Shown: positions 1 through 9,458 of the stretch, in pieces
How positions within the stretch are numbered: the first letter of the stretch is position 1
Layout of the letters: each line of letters starts with the position of its first letter
Assembly: GCA_965644295.1 (NCBI GenBank)
Contig: CBFFRP010000656.1
Span: 1 to 27,545, forward strand
Reading direction: 5' to 3'
Length of the DNA stretch: 27,545 nt
Origin: Paraphysomonas bandaiensis
Lineage: Eukaryota; Protista; Chrysophyceae
Notes under the pieces: generated by a model
What the model was told of the DNA's origin: nothing
The model's input: only the letters and a program-made list of their open reading frames with translations
Database searches by the model: none
Made by a program: the position numbers and the translations under genes

Positions 1-42
1 ACGTACTTGTATACATAACAGTCAGACAGACATATGAGCGCT

Positions 43-540
43 TTATTCATACCTTGGAGTAAATTCCAAAGACACTGTCCAGTGCGTAAAATCATTATGA
101 TTTACCATATTTTCTTTAAATGGTTCACCGTTTATATCATATAATCTGAATCGTATTTTTTTCGGACTACAACTATTATCAACCTTAAACCTGTTGTTTT
201 TATTTTTACATGGCGGTAAAGCCCCGCTCCCATCAGAATACATGCAACATAATAAAAAATGGTCTGATCCTTCGGCTAAATTATCCGCATACAAACCCAT
301 TTTTTTAAAATCAGCCCTACGAAAACTCATTTTTTCATCATCATCCTGAGGAATTGCAGATATATTCAAAGTTTCAATATTCATACAAAACCCGATGCAT
401 TCAACTTCATAATAATCACAATCATCACAAGACAGAACTGGTAAAATTAATGTACAATCGTGAGCGCTTTCATTCATAGCATTTATAGACGTAAAATTAT
501 AAATAAAACTTTGGTTTCTGGGGAAATCCATCATAAACAT
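43..540 (-). CDS. Putative small virion protein (single jelly-roll / minor capsid-like), 165 aa
   Basis: Beta-rich pattern ending KIRFRLYDINGE...WTVSLEFTP, resembling penton-like C-termini; TATAATG start context. Function is tentative. Confidence 0.45.
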   Translation of the reverse strand: MFMMDFPRNQSFIYNFTSINAMNESAHDCTLILPVLSCDDCDYYEVECIGFCMNIETLNISAIPQDDDEKMSFRRADFKKMGLYADNLAEGSDHFLLCCMYSDGSGALPPCKNKNNRFKVDNSCSPKKIRFRLYDINGEPFKENMVNHNDFTHWTVSLEFTPRYE

Positions 541-575
541 TATATAATATATGTTATATAATAATTTAAAATTAA

Positions 576-749
576 TTAAAGCTTTTTCTTAATTCTCTTT
601 TTCACTGATGTAGCCTTTTTGTTTATCTTCTTGGCTACCTCCTTACGCTTGTTCTCTGCGTGCTTTGTTACGTCCTGTTTAGCTTTGTTTACTGATGCTC
701 TAAGAGCTTTGTTAATCATTTTGTTAACTTGTGCTTGATTCTTCGGCAT
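576..749 (-). CDS. Small highly basic protein, 57 aa (possible viral core/DNA-condensing protein)
   Basis: Manual translation (not in the ORF track): MPKNQAQVNKMINKALRASVNKAKQDVTKHAENKRKEVAKKINKKATSVKKRIKKKL*; TATATATG start context like its neighbours. Confidence 0.7.
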   Translation of the reverse strand: MPKNQAQVNKMINKALRASVNKAKQDVTKHAENKRKEVAKKINKKATSVKKRIKKKL

Positions 750-868
750 ATATAATAAGTGTATATATTTTTTTACAGGATAATAGGGAGTAAATACGGC
801 ATGTCTATATATAGTGTTAAACAGGTCTGTTGTTCCGTCTATCTGTTGTAATTGTTCGGTGTTTAAGT

Positions 869-946
869 CAGGGTCGGTATATCGTTTGGTTAATAGGGTT
901 GGTTGATCGTTTGGTTAATAGGGTCGGTTGATCGCTGGGGTTAATA
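869..946. repeat. 25-bp tandem repeat (ATCGTTTGGTTAATAGGGTYGGTTG), about 3 copies
   Basis: Copies at 881-905 and 906-930, partial copies at 931-946 and 869-880, inside the long divergent intergenic region. Confidence 0.8.
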
Positions 947-1434
947 TGTATAGTATTATTTTATTTTGATTGCATTTTTTTTGACATTTTTGTTGAAAAT
1001 ATTTATTTTGGAATTTATTTTTTTAGAAAAAAGTTTTTTTTAAAGAAAAATGTTGTAAAAAATGTAGTGTATACAGTTGCAAAATTTGTGAAAATAAGAT
1101 TTTTTTTGCATTTTTTATTGTGAAAGGTGACACGACATTTTTTATGTAAAAAAGTGTATAAAAAAATGTAATGTACAATATTGGAAGCACTTGTACGTGA
1201 TACACAGCGATACCATAGGGGTAAGGGTCAGTATAAATTAATAGTTTTTATGGTCACGGTTAACACGGCTAGGGTCGAAGACCCCCCCCCCTCTCTCTGT
1301 GTGTGTCTCCAACTGAAATATTAAAAGACTATTCCGTTTTTTTTCAAAATGTGTGTTGATGAGATCACAAGCCGAATAATAAAACATTGTATAAAAATTA
1401 TTATTCCATTAATTTTAATAGCAATATAATATAT

Positions 1435-2280
1435 ATGTCAACATTAGCAGATATTAAAAAACAACTTGGTATTAATGAAAAATTAACATCAGTATCAAAG
1501 AAGAAAAAGAAACATAATAATTTTAGGGATAATGTACCACAACACGAGCATTATAATTATATGGCCGATATCATGTATTTGCCTACTGCTAAATTTGGAT
1601 ATAAATACCTTTTAGTATGTCTTGATTTAGCCAATAATGAGTTTGATATGGAGCCTATGAAACATAAGGACGCGGATACAACACATAAGGCAATAAAAAA
1701 GATGTTTAAGCGTGAGTATCTAGATAAACCTAAATACTCTTTAACAACTGACGCAGGTACAGAGTTCCGAGGTATATTTAAGAAATGGTTATATGAAGAT
1801 AGTATTTATCATAAAGTAACAGTACCAGGCAGACATAAGCAGATGGCACCAATAGATAATTTAATTAATCAATTAAACAGCTTGTTTAATGGAATAGCAA
1901 ATAAATATGAGGAGGAAACAGGAAAGCCTTATAAACAGTGGACTGATCATATTGACGAAATACGTATATTATTGAATAAGTCCCGTAGAAAGAAACTTGA
2001 CCCCGATAAATATGAATTGCCTACAACAACAACAAAAAAAGGCAAATTAATAAAACCTAAATTTAAAATCGGTGATAAAGTCCATGTTATATTAGATAAA
2101 CCTAAAGATGCATTAAATAAGGTTCAATCTGGTAAGTTTAGAACTGGAGATTATCGCTTTGATTCTAAAGTTAGGGAAATAGAACAGATATTAATATATA
2201 GTGGTAAAGTATTATACCGTTATATGGTGTCTGGTATTAAGAATGCGTCATACTCAGCGGAGGAGTTAATTAAAGCTTAA
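1435..2280 (+). CDS. Polinton/virophage-type retroviral (rve) integrase
   Basis: YMADIMYLP..YKYLLVCLD, LTTDAGTEF, QMAPIDNL (third acidic residue appears to be D), and PKFKIGDKV C-terminal motif. First ATG is at 1435 after TATATAT. Confidence 0.88.
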   Translation: MSTLADIKKQLGINEKLTSVSKKKKKHNNFRDNVPQHEHYNYMADIMYLPTAKFGYKYLLVCLDLANNEFDMEPMKHKDADTTHKAIKKMFKREYLDKPKYSLTTDAGTEFRGIFKKWLYEDSIYHKVTVPGRHKQMAPIDNLINQLNSLFNGIANKYEEETGKPYKQWTDHIDEIRILLNKSRRKKLDPDKYELPTTTTKKGKLIKPKFKIGDKVHVILDKPKDALNKVQSGKFRTGDYRFDSKVREIEQILIYSGKVLYRYMVSGIKNASYSAEELIKA

Positions 2281-2295
2281 TCAATCTCTCCGAGC

Positions 2296-3534
2296 CTAAC
2301 GGGTCTCTCCAATATCTCCGAGCCTTTCAGGTTTCTTGATAACACTTTCCCATCTTAAATAACCTGTTGTACCTGCTTCGGGTTCTATCTTCCTATTTTT
2401 CATTTTTTCATCTTTGTTACATTTAAATGTCACATTGTCCGTATGTATTCTTATTACGTCATCTATACCGCCATATATTGCTGTTTCTGCCATTCTATTA
2501 CGTGCGAACGATGACATAAACGATTTTATACGCGCTTCACCCATTTTATAGGGGTCTTTAGCTGAATATAGTTTATAATAATCTTCTGTAGGTGTTATAT
2601 GATGGTCTAATACTACATAATCACTTTTTAGTGTTGGTCCTACATCTAAACCCTCTTTTTTTATGTCTGAATATGTTTTATATATGGCTTTATAACTGGT
2701 TAACTGACCCCATGCAGAGCTTAATAAGTGTTTTAATAATTTGTTTTTAGGGTATTTTTTACGTAATTTAGTCAGCTTATTTTTCCAATTACCAAAAACA
2801 AGCGACCCTTGCACTAAATCTGCCTCATCATATACATAACAGTTATTTTGATCTTTATCATAAAATTCAAACTCAAAATTAAACGTGTCTTTATATTTCC
2901 ATGCGAATTGAACCGAATAATGGGTATATAAATCTTTTTTTGAGAATGAAAATATCTTTTTAGCGTGTGGATTCTTAGACGTGATTCCGACGAAATAAAA
3001 ACCATATGGCAAATTTTCACCATCAGAAATTATTTTTTCTGTATCAAGGGCCATAGCTTTACCTTTTTTAGTGGGTACTTGAAAAGTTTTAGCAGCTAAA
3101 ATAGTTGGGTAATACTGTTTATAATCATATCCAAAACATAGCCCTTCATATTTCTCGCAATACATTAAAGGTCCATTATTACACATTGTAAAATAATGAT
3201 GTTCTGTTTTACCTATTTTACTAAATGTTATTTCCTTTACATTTTTAAACTTATTCGTTTTCATGCGTTTATATGTATTTCTCACTGCGTATGAATGAGA
3301 AACATAATTAGAATAGTCTATAGTAAGAAAATTTTCAGGGTCCTTTAGTTCATCGCACCACTTTTTAAAATCCTCTGCGTATCTTTTTAAGTCTTCGTCA
3401 GTTGGTTCATATCCTTTCATCAATTCAAAGCTGTGATGTTCACTAGGATATTTATTTATAGTCTTAAATTCTTTAATGCTTGTGTCAAATATTCTAAAAC
3501 CGGAAAGCAAACGACAAAATAATATATAGCTCAT
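2296..3534 (-). CDS. Shortened/divergent protein-primed family B DNA polymerase
   Basis: Motif A GYDYKQYYP, motif B KHLLSSAWG, motif C RIHTDNV; only 412 aa with no recognisable exonuclease motifs. Confidence 0.8.
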   Translation of the reverse strand: MSYILFCRLLSGFRIFDTSIKEFKTINKYPSEHHSFELMKGYEPTDEDLKRYAEDFKKWCDELKDPENFLTIDYSNYVSHSYAVRNTYKRMKTNKFKNVKEITFSKIGKTEHHYFTMCNNGPLMYCEKYEGLCFGYDYKQYYPTILAAKTFQVPTKKGKAMALDTEKIISDGENLPYGFYFVGITSKNPHAKKIFSFSKKDLYTHYSVQFAWKYKDTFNFEFEFYDKDQNNCYVYDEADLVQGSLVFGNWKNKLTKLRKKYPKNKLLKHLLSSAWGQLTSYKAIYKTYSDIKKEGLDVGPTLKSDYVVLDHHITPTEDYYKLYSAKDPYKMGEARIKSFMSSFARNRMAETAIYGGIDDVIRIHTDNVTFKCNKDEKMKNRKIEPEAGTTGYLRWESVIKKPERLGDIGETR

Positions 3535-3568
3535 TAATATATACTATATATTATTTTTTAAATATTTA
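3535..3568 (-). promoter_or_regulatory. Conserved upstream motif TATTTAAAAAAT(A/T)AT...TATATTA-ATG (also at 3920-3951, 4207-4240, 5852-5884)
   Basis: Near-identical motif directly before the ATG of four consecutive minus-strand genes. Confidence 0.75.
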
Positions 3569-3589
3569 ATTTTTTAATTTTTTAATTAT

Positions 3590-3919
3590 TTATTTTTCCA
3601 TAAAAACAGATATGTCAATAAATTCAAACTTCTCAAATTTATCCATTTCCTCAACTGTGCCTTTATAATAATTTTCAAAATCCTGAACCCTTATATTATA
3701 GCTGTTATACCCTTTAAATGTAAAGTATCTATGACCATTTAACGCTCTAACCATTGTATTGGCATCTTCGGGTAAGTTTTCCTCAATCATATCATGTAAA
3801 AAGTACATATCAGGAACGTCTAATTCTTTCCCTTTCTTTTTATGTCTAAATCTGATCGTAATTTCAACTGAGTTTGTAAAGTCCTTCTCATCAATCTTTT
3901 CAAATTTATATTTGTCCAT
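3590..3919 (-). CDS. Hypothetical viral protein, 109 aa
   Basis: Intact ORF preceded by the shared TATTTAAAAAA...TATATTAATG motif. Confidence 0.75.
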   Translation of the reverse strand: MDKYKFEKIDEKDFTNSVEITIRFRHKKKGKELDVPDMYFLHDMIEENLPEDANTMVRALNGHRYFTFKGYNSYNIRVQDFENYYKGTVEEMDKFEKFEFIDISVFMEK

Positions 3920-3951
3920 TAATATATACTATATATTAATTTTTTAAATAA

Positions 3952-4206
3952 TTAAATTTTTATTTTTTTAATATCATAGCTATCTATATTATTAATATCA
4001 TAAATTTTTATTCTGTTAATCAGTCGCTTTAATGATGGATGTAAGTATTTACATGTTGTACGTGACTCACATAAAGCGTTAAGTTTCCTAGCTTCTGAAT
4101 ATTGTATATCATATTCCTGTGCTATTGCCTTATAGGATGTAAAGTTTTGTGATGTAATCAGATTATTATTATTATCATATATTTCTACTATAAATTTATC
4201 TCTCAT
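3952..4206 (-). CDS. Small putative helix-turn-helix DNA-binding protein, 84 aa
   Basis: FTSYKAIAQEYDIQYSEARKL fits an HTH (NUMOD1-like) pattern; shared promoter motif upstream. Confidence 0.6.
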   Translation of the reverse strand: MRDKFIVEIYDNNNNLITSQNFTSYKAIAQEYDIQYSEARKLNALCESRTTCKYLHPSLKRLINRIKIYDINNIDSYDIKKIKI

Positions 4207-4255
4207 TAATATATATTTATATATTAATTTTTTAAATAAATTATTTTTTATTTTT

Positions 4256-5851
4256 TTAAATATTTATTCCGTAAGTTTTCATTATATCCTTTACTGTCTT
4301 CTGACTTACACGGGGTGTTTCATCTTCATCATCATCTTCATCATCATCTTCATCTGTATCTTCATCTGTATCTTCATCTGTATCTTCATCTGTTTTATCG
4401 CTTTTTTTATTGCTAATCTTTTTAATAGCGCTTGCAATAGTATTAGTATTATTACACTGATCACTGTGTTTATCACTTTGATTACACTGATCACTGTGTT
4501 TATCACTTTGATTACAACGTTTTTTAATTTTATCTTTAATATTATATTCTACATCAGGGCCATCATCATATTCATCTAATTAATGAACCCAATAATGTAA
4601 AGATTCAGAAACTTTATTTAATTCGTCTAATGTAACATTGTACACATTACGCCTATCTTTATTTTTTTTGTGAATAAAATTTAATTCACTCATGACCTTA
4701 TTAAAATCAATTGTATGTTTAACTGGTTTAATATTATTTTGAGTGCAATACTGGATATAATGGTTAAATATTTCTTTAACAAGTATATTATTTATATCCA
4801 ATCTCTTTAATATAAATTCATCCTTTAAAAACATTTCAACGCTTCCCAATCTCTTTGCGTATGCATCTAATTTGTTTTTTGTGATGGGGAAATTTTGACT
4901 ATAAAATTTTTCTGTGTTGTATTCCATTAAATAACAGTAAAAAGCATGTCCTACCTCGTTATTAAAGCATAGATTACGTAGCCATCCAAAATATTTTAAG
5001 TCATTGCGTTTTTTACAACAAACATCACAAATAAAATACCTTCTTCCGCATTCCTCATTTAAACTATAATTTGCATTGATTAAGTAATTATTAATATTTG
5101 CAGCCTGATATGTTGCCTCATGCTTTTGATTTATTATATAAACGTCGCTCGTCGTATATCGTTTTAATTTAGTATTGATTGCGTCCCAGTCAGCCCTGCT
5201 TTGTTTTTCTAATTCTTCAAAATATACAAATAATTTACCTCCTAGATCTGAATTAAATTTAGATGTCAACACGTCCGCGCCAGCCTCTAAACACAGGTCA
5301 CGGCCAAGTACGTAAGTATTCATAAATAGGGATATGGTTGATTTACCTATGCCCTGAGGGCCTTTTAAAAATATAATGGATTCATTTTTATTACCCTTTG
5401 TCATATTGGCAAACCACTTTAATAAATATTCATATTGTGCCTGATCATCAGAAGCCAATATTTCTTTAATATATGATAAAAACGCCTTAACACCTTCCTT
5501 ACTCTTATCATCAAAATCTTCATATGGTTTATAGTCGTGTGTAAACTGAGCGGCTAAATTTAATTTCTTTTTATCAGGGAATATACCTTTGCCAAGCTCA
5601 TAAACCATTTTACGAAGCCCTTTAAATTCAGTGAAATAATATTTTGCTATCCGTTTATCCATTCTGTTAAAATACGTTTCTTTAATTTTTTTGTGTTCCA
5701 TAATGCTAAATGTTTTATGTCCTGTTCTATATGCATGTGCACCGCTTGTAAGTGGGAAAAAATAATTTGTTACATAAGCTTTGGACTGTTCATAAGTCAG
5801 GTTATCAAGGTGTTCTAAATCAAACTCTTCAAAACTCTCTTTTGTACTCAT
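4256..5851 (-). pseudogene. D5-like superfamily 3 helicase with one internal TAA (4580-4582) and an acidic C-terminal tail
   Basis: Walker A GPQGIGKS, Walker B FVYFEE, motif C YLINAN, GRRYF arginine finger. The frame continues past TAA (HYWVH*LDEYDDGP...) for 107 more codons to TAA at 4256. Confidence 0.82.
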
Positions 5852-5934
5852 TAATATACAAATATATATTATTTTTTAAATAATAAATTTTTTAATTTTT
5901 TTTTTTTTTAAAAATCTAAAGGTTTTTTATAAAT

Positions 5935-7221
5935 TTAATATTGCAATGTTGCAAAACCGTTTTCAATTAAAATGACTTGATCAAAATAAGCGTATGTGTC
6001 TATGCGTGCGGACACAGTGGGGGCACTTGAGGAAAAACGAGGCATAAAAAATATGTCGTCAGTACTTGAGTTATAACCCTGGTATACTGTTTCCATGCCT
6101 GAGCTGCTGTAACTTTCTAAATCTAAACCTAAATAAAAGTTGGATGATGCTGCACACCCGTTATAATCGGCTGCTGTCTCGCTATTGGCTGCTGACGCTT
6201 GCATATCATAAGTATTTATATTAATGCTTGGTTCATGATTCAAATCGCTTACGCTTCCAATTGCTCTGATCAATTCGCCGAAAAATTCAGGAAGGCAACT
6301 AGGTGCTTTAGTTGGTACGGTCTTACTACCTAATCTAACACTGTATGACTCTAGACCGAAATGATTTGATGACAGAGGGAAATAGGTGACTTCTCCAGCG
6401 TGTTTATCGCGCATACTGAAAAATAGAGATCTTAAAGAGTTATATTTAGCGGGTACGGGAACACTAAGTTCAACGTTAGCGGCAATATTTCCAGTATGTG
6501 AATAATTTCTGTAATCTTGTACAACCCACCTTAAAGGTCCATTTGATGCCAAATTAATTTTATTCATTGCGTCATCTGATAACTCCATAAAATTACAAAC
6601 ATATTCAACGTCATTAATAGCTATTGAATCTATGGCTTTATCGCAACAAATGCCCTCTAATGGATTATTAACCAGAACTATTTCTAGACGTAAAGGCGCG
6701 CCGGTCATTGCGAACAGTGGGATATATTTATCACTGTAGCTTAAAAAATTCATTATTGGTACTGTATAATATCGTTTAGTTGTACTGCCCCCATTCACAA
6801 CTTGTGTGAATTCATTAAGTCTTTCACCAACAATTAAACCCTCGTTTGTGCTTGTTGCGCTGTCAACAATACTGAAACTTTCCGTTCCTGTTAAAATTGT
6901 ATGTTTGTTAATAAAAGAGTCGTTGGACTGCTGCAAAGCCATTAACTGACCAACTAGATTATTATAATTCTGAATATCTGAAAGTAAAGTAGAGCCATGA
7001 AATACTCGCACTCTAGAAATTAGGGAATGAATACCGGCCTTATCCAGTCTAACGTATTCCGCTGTGGTCGCAGGGTCAGATGTTTCTGTGTTTACTATTA
7101 AGCTTAATTTTAAAAGTGAATCAGCGCCCGACATTACGAGATTACGACCGGTAGGAACATTAATAATTATGGTCTCTCCTGCACCATATGGCCCTAAACC
7201 ATTCTGTGGAGCTATATATGG
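5935..7221 (-). CDS. Major capsid protein of Polinton-like virus type, 5'-truncated
   Basis: Frame is open upstream of the 7134 ATG (YIAPQNGLGPYGAGETIIINVPTGRNLV) with no Met before the junction. HSLISRVRVFHG, IQNYN, YIPLFAM, LRLEI and FYLGLDLE are typical of PLV MCPs. Confidence 0.8.
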   Translation of the reverse strand, partial: PYIAPQNGLGPYGAGETIIINVPTGRNLVMSGADSLLKLSLIVNTETSDPATTAEYVRLDKAGIHSLISRVRVFHGSTLLSDIQNYNNLVGQLMALQQSNDSFINKHTILTGTESFSIVDSATSTNEGLIVGERLNEFTQVVNGGSTTKRYYTVPIMNFLSYSDKYIPLFAMTGAPLRLEIVLVNNPLEGICCDKAIDSIAINDVEYVCNFMELSDDAMNKINLASNGPLRWVVQDYRNYSHTGNIAANVELSVPVPAKYNSLRSLFFSMRDKHAGEVTYFPLSSNHFGLESYSVRLGSKTVPTKAPSCLPEFFGELIRAIGSVSDLNHEPSININTYDMQASAANSETAADYNGCAASSNFYLGLDLESYSSSGMETVYQGYNSSTDDIFFMPRFSSSAPTVSARIDTYAYFDQVILIENGFATLQY

Positions 7222-7374
7222 AAGAAATTAGTAAAAAATATTATAAATAATACTTTTCACACTGTTATTAACTTCATAGTTACTTATTGTGCATAGTTAT
7301 ACCCTTTTCCGACCATCACCAAAAATTTCACCAGGTTTTACATCAAAACCCAGGTTTTGGTATTACCTCGACTT
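7222..7374. mobile_element. Orphan end of an AAGTCG-type TIR DNA transposon
   Basis: Ends ...CCCAGGTTTTGGTATTACCTCGACTT, similar to the TIR ...GACCAGGTTTTTACCTACCATCGACTT at 15020-15046. Authentic RT coding sequence starts right after it. The left limit is approximate. Confidence 0.7.
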
Positions 7375-8891
7375 TTTTGCTTCAATACATCAGGATGAAG
7401 GAATAGTGTACCAAGATGATGTGGCCATTCATTCCAGGACTTTTAAAGATCACTACAGAACCTTGGGAAAGGTGTTCCGATGTCTGGAAGCAAGAGATCT
7501 GACATTCAAGAGGTCGAAGATGCATATAAACCATCCACGGATCGCTTTCTTAGGATATATCATCGATGAACATGGGAAATACCCGAATCCCGAAGCAGTG
7601 AAAGCGATTAGGGAACTAGCATACCCACAAGATGTGAAGGCTGTGAGATCGTTTATAGGAATGACCATCTACTATCGAAATTTTATAGATGGTTATGCTG
7701 AGATGGTAGCGCCACTACATGAGCTGACGAGAAAAGGGGTAGTGATAACAGAAAGATGGGGAGAGCGTCATGAAAAGGCGGTAGACGAGTTAAAAGAAGC
7801 GTTGACGACTGCGCCCTGCTTGATGTTAGTTGACAACCGAAAACCATTTGAGATCAGAGTAGATGCCTGTAGGAAGGGACATGGAATGGGAGCAGTAATG
7901 CTGCAGCCAGATGAAGAAGAGAATAGACGACCAGTTGGCTATTGGAGTAAAGGATTGACGGCGACGGAGAGAGAATATGCGCCGACGGAGATAGAGTGCA
8001 AGGCATTACATGACTGTTTGATGTACTGGGATGTGTATGTAAGGGGGGCGTTAGAGGTTGATGTGTATACCGATCACAATTGCCTGGTATACATGTACAA
8101 GGGACAAACGGCTTCTAACAATGGAAGGTTGATGAGATATCTACTGGATTTGATGGGTTTAAGTTTTAGACTACACTATAAGCAAGGAACGAAGCATATG
8201 GATGCGGATGCAGTGTCAAGGCTACTACAACGAGGGGAAGAACCAGTATACCTTACTGCTGATGATCTAGAATGGGATAAAGGAACGGTAACAGAGGAAG
8301 ATCTATTGTTGGCTAAAGACTTAGAGATGAAGAGACGTAAGATGATAGAGAGGGCACAGAAGAGAAAAAAGAAGACACCTGAGAGGAGTCAGGATAAAGA
8401 AAAACAAGAGAACAAAGATGAAGAAGAAGTGATCAAGATAATAAATGCACTGACTAGGAGAAGGAATATGGGAAGTAAGATGGAAGGTGAAGAGAATATG
8501 AAGAAGTATTTGAAGAGGTTTGGAAAATCGGATAGAGTGTTGAGACCAAAGAAGAAAGGAATAGAGCCGGTGAGGGAAGCACCACATAGGGCCGATTGGG
8601 AGACGTTGGATAGTCCAGAAGATTTGAGTGATATGAGACGGAAGAGAAAGAAGGGATATAATAGAGTGAAAGTGTTGAAGTCGACAATCGAAGGAGCAGG
8701 CGAAGGACTATTCGCGACGAAGTATATGAAGGAAGGGTCCATAGTGTGTGATTATGAGGGTGAGAGACCATCGCAGGATGAAATAGAAAAAGAAGAGTAT
8801 GATAAGGATTACGTCTTTTCAGTACCTATGGGGGGAGGAGAGTATGCATATATAGACGCTAGAGACAGGAATAGTTGTTATGGGAGGTATT
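7375..8891 (+). pseudogene. pol: Pol A part 1: RT C-half, RNase H, charged linker, SET domain N-part
   Basis: VYQDD, FLGY, VRSFIG; RNase H VDAC/EIEC/YTDH/DADAVSR; SET KSTIEGAGEGLFA, DYEG, YIDA, YGRY. The first ~29 codons of the tracked ORF (7289) come from the transposon end. Confidence 0.9.
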
Positions 8892-9171
8892 AAGTCGATG
8901 GTAAGTAAAAACCTGGTCTAAGTACTAGAATCTGGTCAAACTACTACTTTTGTGTACGAATATGTAAAACGAACATGGAGAACGTGTTGTGATGAGTGCA
9001 TATCGTCTTGGAATCGCTTTGTGTTACTGTGTTGCATTATATTTTAAAAGGATATTTTATTCTGGCCGTATTTCTGAGTACTATAAGTGTAGTTACGTAA
9101 CTACTTATAATCAATAATCATTATTGCTTTTTATAAAAACAAATTACATAATAATATATATATAACATAAT

Positions 9172-9401
9172 ATAACAATTATCACTACCTTCGATTTCTT
9201 TTCCCACTGATAACAACATTAAAATACCATATATAATGTTCCTGTATCTCTCAATTTCTCACTCTCACTGACAATAACCATTTCATAATATATAAACAAT
9301 TATCACTACCTTCGCTTTCTTTTCCCAACGATCACATTACTACCATCTAATGCCCCTGTATCTTTCCATTTCTCACTCTCACTGACAATAACCATTTCAT
9401 A
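9172..9401. repeat. Imperfect ~120-bp tandem duplication downstream of the transposase
   Basis: ACAATTATCACTACCTTCG...CTCACTCTCACTGACAATAACCATTTCATAA occurs twice. Confidence 0.75.
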
Positions 9402-9458
9402 AGTAGGTCGTCGTGTATTCTTTGAAGTTGTTCTGACAGTTTCTAGATTACAAAAAAG

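Larger units (their letters stand above)
43..7221. mobile_element. Endogenous Polinton-like virus / virophage-like element (partial)
   Basis: Very AT-rich, intronless, compact gene cluster with rve integrase, pPolB-like polymerase, SF3 helicase and double jelly-roll-type MCP. The right side is cut inside the MCP 5' end; the left boundary is not identified. Confidence 0.88.

Noticed and set aside
1023-1205. 60-aa ORF in the viral intergenic region
   Set aside because: Non-ATG start, low-complexity A/T runs and no shared promoter motif.
4306-4506. 66-aa Met-rich ORF
   Set aside because: Alternative frame of the repetitive acidic helicase tail.
4580-4582. Alternative genetic code (TAA read as sense)
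   Set aside because: Neighbouring genes terminate normally at TAA; a single nonsense change is simpler.
7289-7374. N-terminus of the Pol ORF
   Set aside because: Chance open frame through the transposon end; not RT-like.
8321-8771. Short antisense ORFs here and opposite gag, pol and the transposase
   Set aside because: Shadow frames of well-supported genes with no recognisable motifs.
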